Positions 47,469 through 50,200 of a stretch of DNA of 50,200 nt are shown one piece after another. Under the pieces are notes generated by a model. It was given only the letters and a program-made list of their open reading frames with translations. It was not told where the DNA came from and did no database searches. Numbering within the stretch: position 1 is the stretch's first letter; every line of letters begins with the position of its first letter. Source of the stretch: Terriglobia bacterium (lineage in GTDB: Bacteria > Acidobacteriota > Terriglobia > UBA7540); the NCBI GenBank assembly GCA_050745645.1, contig JBOGJZ010000221.1, forward strand, positions 1 through 50,200, read 5' to 3'. The translations under genes were made by a program, and so were the position numbers.

Positions 47469-48815
47469 ATGGCAACTCTGCGTCGACCTGTGATCGAACC
47501 AAAACCCTCCTATGCTCACGGCCGGCAGATTGCCCAGCACATTTTCATGGCGGCGATGGCGCTTGTGGACGTGCGGCGCGCGATGCTGGGCAAGCTGCAA
47601 TTTGACCATGGCGAGCTCATAGCGGGTAATCTTTCGCTTCCTGTGTTGAGGCCGCCGCGCGTGGTGGCTGTCGGCAAAGCCGCAGCGCGGATGTCCGCAG
47701 CGCTGGATGAAATCCTTGGAGGCCGGGTAGAGGCGGGCGTCGTGGTGGCTCCCGTCGAGCCGGGCAGGAGGCGGGAACAATACCGGTATTTTCTAGGCGG
47801 ACATCCGTACCCCAGCCAAGGCAGCCTGGAGGGAGCGCAGGCGGCCCTTGATCTGGTTTCGGGGCTCACGCCTGATGACTTGGTGGTCTTTTTGATCTCG
47901 GGCGGAGGGTCCGCTCTCTTTGAAAAGCCTCTGGATCCGGCGGTGACGCTCACCGCGCTTGTGGAATTCAACCGGCTGCTCGTCACCGGTGATCTCCAGA
48001 TCGAACAGATTAACGTGCTGCGCAAGCACATCTCCGCAGTGAAGGGCGGAAGGCTGGCGATGGCTGCAAGCCCGGCGCGGCAGCTTACGCTCTATGTCTC
48101 GGACGTTCCGGAAGATTTCCCCTCGATGATTGCTTCGGGACCGACCATGCCGGATGAATCCACGTGTGAGCATTGTTATGAGATCGCAGAGCGGAGCGGC
48201 CTTACGCCGAAACTCCCGGCGATTATTCGGCAACGATTTGTGGATCGCTCGCTTGAAGAAACCCCTAAGCCCGGCGACGAGCGATTTGCGCGCTCGAGTT
48301 ACATGTGTCTGCTCTCCAGCCGCGATGCGGTAGAAGCTGCTGTGAGCATGGCAGGCAGCGCCGGTTTCCACGCTGAGATTGGTCCCGGTGCTTGGGACGC
48401 GGATTACGATCAGGTCATCAAAAGTTCTTTGGCGTCGCTCGACCAATGCGCGCAGGCTCATCCGGGGCAGCCTGTATGCCTGGTGGTGGGCGGGGAAGTC
48501 ACCTGCCCCGTGACGGGGCATGGCATCGGCGGCCGCAACCTTTCCTTTGCGCTGCGCGCTGCGCAACTGATCGAGGGCCGCGAGCGCGTGGTGTTGAGCG
48601 GCGCCACGGACGGCCGCGACGGCAATAGCCCTTCCTGCGGCGCCGTGGCTGACGGGCACACCATCTCCCGCTCCCACGCGCTTGGACTGGATGCGGCGCA
48701 ATTCCTGGCCGAAAGCGATGCTTACCACTTCTTCCGGACGCTCGGCGATACGATTGAAACGGGTTTCACTGATAATAACCTGCGCGATTTGCGCCTGCTG
48801 ATGAGCTTTGAGTGA
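47469..48815 (+). CDS. Glycerate kinase type 2 (MOFRL/DUF4147 family)
   Basis: AVGKAAARM, GGHPYP, LISGGGSALFE, RKHISAVKGGRLA, SDV, ASGPT, GGRN, TDGRDG, TDNNLRD. Confidence 0.92.
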   Translation: MATLRRPVIEPKPSYAHGRQIAQHIFMAAMALVDVRRAMLGKLQFDHGELIAGNLSLPVLRPPRVVAVGKAAARMSAALDEILGGRVEAGVVVAPVEPGRRREQYRYFLGGHPYPSQGSLEGAQAALDLVSGLTPDDLVVFLISGGGSALFEKPLDPAVTLTALVEFNRLLVTGDLQIEQINVLRKHISAVKGGRLAMAASPARQLTLYVSDVPEDFPSMIASGPTMPDESTCEHCYEIAERSGLTPKLPAIIRQRFVDRSLEETPKPGDERFARSSYMCLLSSRDAVEAAVSMAGSAGFHAEIGPGAWDADYDQVIKSSLASLDQCAQAHPGQPVCLVVGGEVTCPVTGHGIGGRNLSFALRAAQLIEGRERVVLSGATDGRDGNSPSCGAVADGHTISRSHALGLDAAQFLAESDAYHFFRTLGDTIETGFTDNNLRDLRLLMSFE

Positions 48816-48894
48816 TTGCAGGCCAGGTCAAGCGATCAGGTTTTCCGGTGGCATACCGGGCGTGGGTTGCAAATAAATCAAAGAGGAGAACACG

Positions 48895-49806
48895 ATGCCG
48901 CAATCGATCGGTTTTATCGGATTGGGAATCATGGGCCATCCGATGGCCTTGAACTTGGTGAAGGCAGGACATTCATTGACCGTGTACAACCGGACGAAGG
49001 ATAAGGCGAAACCGCTCGAACAGGCTGGGGCGCGAGTGGCCTCGACTCCGGCTGAGGCGGCTCGCGAAGCAGACGTCGTGATGACCATTGTTAGCGACAC
49101 GGCGGCGATGGAAGAAATCGCCCTCGGCAAGAATGGTCTGCTTGAGACGCTGCGCCGTGGTTCCGTGCTCATCGATTCGAGCACCATAAGCCCGGTGGTA
49201 AGCCGTAAGCTCGCCTGCCACGTCGCGGGCAAAGGAGCGCAGATGCTGGACGCTCCGGTTACCGGCAGCAAGCACGGGGCTGAAAAGGGTGAACTCACCT
49301 TCATGATCGGCGGTGAGCGCCAGACGCTGGACCGCGTCCTGCCCATATTGCAGGCGCTCGGCAAGAAGCATATCTACTGCGGTCCGAACGGAACTGGGTT
49401 GGCCGCTAAGGTAGCGCAGAACGCTATTCAAGCCACAATGGTTGAGGTTTTCTGCGAGGGATTTGTGCTGGCGGCGAAGGCGGGCGTAAAGCCGCAGATT
49501 ATGTTTGAGATTATTCAATCGAGCATGGCGCGCGCCAGCCTGACGGATTTCAAAGCGCCCTTCATATTCAAAGGCGATTTCACCCCGTATTTCCCATTGA
49601 AATTGATGCACAAGGATCTGGAGCTGGCCATGCAGACCGCCTACGCGCAGAACGTCGCCATGCCGACCGCCGCAGCGGTGAAGGAAGTTTACGGGGCAGC
49701 CAAGGCCAAGGGGCTCGGCGATCAAGATTATGCCGCCGTTATCACTTTCCTCGAAGAGATAGCCGGGGTTCAGGTGCGGATATCTGAATCTGCCGCGAAA
49801 GCTTAG
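48895..49806 (+). CDS. NAD(P)-dependent beta-hydroxyacid dehydrogenase (2-hydroxy-3-oxopropionate reductase-like)
   Basis: IGFIGLGIMGHPMA, VYNRT, DSSTISP, LDAPVTG, catalytic K in AAKVAQN, LMHKDL; operonic with glycerate kinase. Confidence 0.9.
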   Translation: MPQSIGFIGLGIMGHPMALNLVKAGHSLTVYNRTKDKAKPLEQAGARVASTPAEAAREADVVMTIVSDTAAMEEIALGKNGLLETLRRGSVLIDSSTISPVVSRKLACHVAGKGAQMLDAPVTGSKHGAEKGELTFMIGGERQTLDRVLPILQALGKKHIYCGPNGTGLAAKVAQNAIQATMVEVFCEGFVLAAKAGVKPQIMFEIIQSSMARASLTDFKAPFIFKGDFTPYFPLKLMHKDLELAMQTAYAQNVAMPTAAAVKEVYGAAKAKGLGDQDYAAVITFLEEIAGVQVRISESAAKA

Positions 49807-49889
49807 CAGGTTGTTGAGAAAGGGCTTGGGCCGTATCATTCTTCACTGTGTTAAGAATGACGGACGAAGAGCCGCTTCGAAAATATCCC

Positions 49890-49937
49890 GTAGCGCCGGC
49901 ATCTTGCCGGCAGAGGCCGCCGGGACGGCGGCGCTAC
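49890..49937. repeat. GTAG-type REP-like element
   Basis: GTAGCGCCGGCATCTTGCCGGC ... GGCGGCGCTAC. Confidence 0.7.
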
Positions 49938-50008
49938 ACTGCTCTCCTGTAATTGAATTCCAGAAACTCAGCTTGTATTAGGGCTCTCGTTATATGCCCG
50001 CCTCCTTG

Positions 50009-50037
50009 TTGACATTAGGCGAATAAAAAGCGAAACT
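50009..50037 (+). promoter_or_regulatory. Sigma70 promoter (TTGACA-N17-GAAACT) with a putative SOS box TAGGCGAATAAAAAGCGAA in the spacer
   Basis: -35 at 50009-50014; box at 50016-50034 is 17/19 identical to 20292-20310. Confidence 0.65.
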
Positions 50038-50068
50038 GAGCTTAACCTCAGCAAGGAGGTAAGTTCGC

Positions 50069-50200
50069 ATGGAAAACCAGTCTTTGCCTTTCCCCGCCGC
50101 GCCGCTCACCGGCATCGCTCGTCTGGCTGCCGAAAGCCCGCAGGTGCGCGAGCGGGCAGACGTTCAGTTCTTTTCGCTGCCGGCTCGCTCGGTGTTAAAC
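50069..50200 (+). CDS. 5' end of a probable SplB/Rv2578c-like radical SAM (DNA-repair) protein, truncated by the window end
   Basis: RBS AAGGAGGT; MENQSLPFPAAPLTGIARLAAESPQVRERADVQFFSLPARSVLN. The GIARLAA...RSVLN stretch resembles, from memory, N-termini of this family; the CxxxCxxC motif is outside the window. Confidence 0.5.
   Translation, partial: MENQSLPFPAAPLTGIARLAAESPQVRERADVQFFSLPARSVLN

Overview
GC-rich bacterial chromosomal window, probably Acidobacteriota. This is inferred from the Acidobacteria-type VWA protein, the tgt-yajC-secDF-tonB-exbB-exbD-exbD-TPR operon and futalosine-pathway mqnE. Most of it is housekeeping: mqnE, polA, rpmB, rel, tgt/secDF, galE, mlaE, pckA, argJ, purB, the uppS-cdsA-dxr-rseP-ispG cluster, a DoxX-MarR-pirin operon, glycerate kinase and a hydroxyacid dehydrogenase. 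Intergenic spaces carry many nested palindromic REP/MITE-like elements and one decayed IS. I saw no rRNA, tRNA or CRISPR array. The best candidate for an undescribed system is a three-gene operon at 41840-43615. It encodes a signal-peptide-bearing precursor with five tandem 15-aa cores (RTVAMGSSPVPIPPY, varying almost only at synonymous sites), a 7-TM membrane protein and a small membrane-anchored helical protein. Upstream are a near-consensus sigma70 promoter with two palindromes and a long hairpin that buries the RBS. This looks like a peptide-signal (pheromone/quorum-type) or RiPP-like module. Also notable: a 19-bp direct-repeat box (putative SOS/LexA site) shared by two DNA-repair genes, a ComEA-like HhH insert in SecF, and a TonB with an extra multi-TM domain. 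All calls come from reading motifs by eye; no database searches were run.
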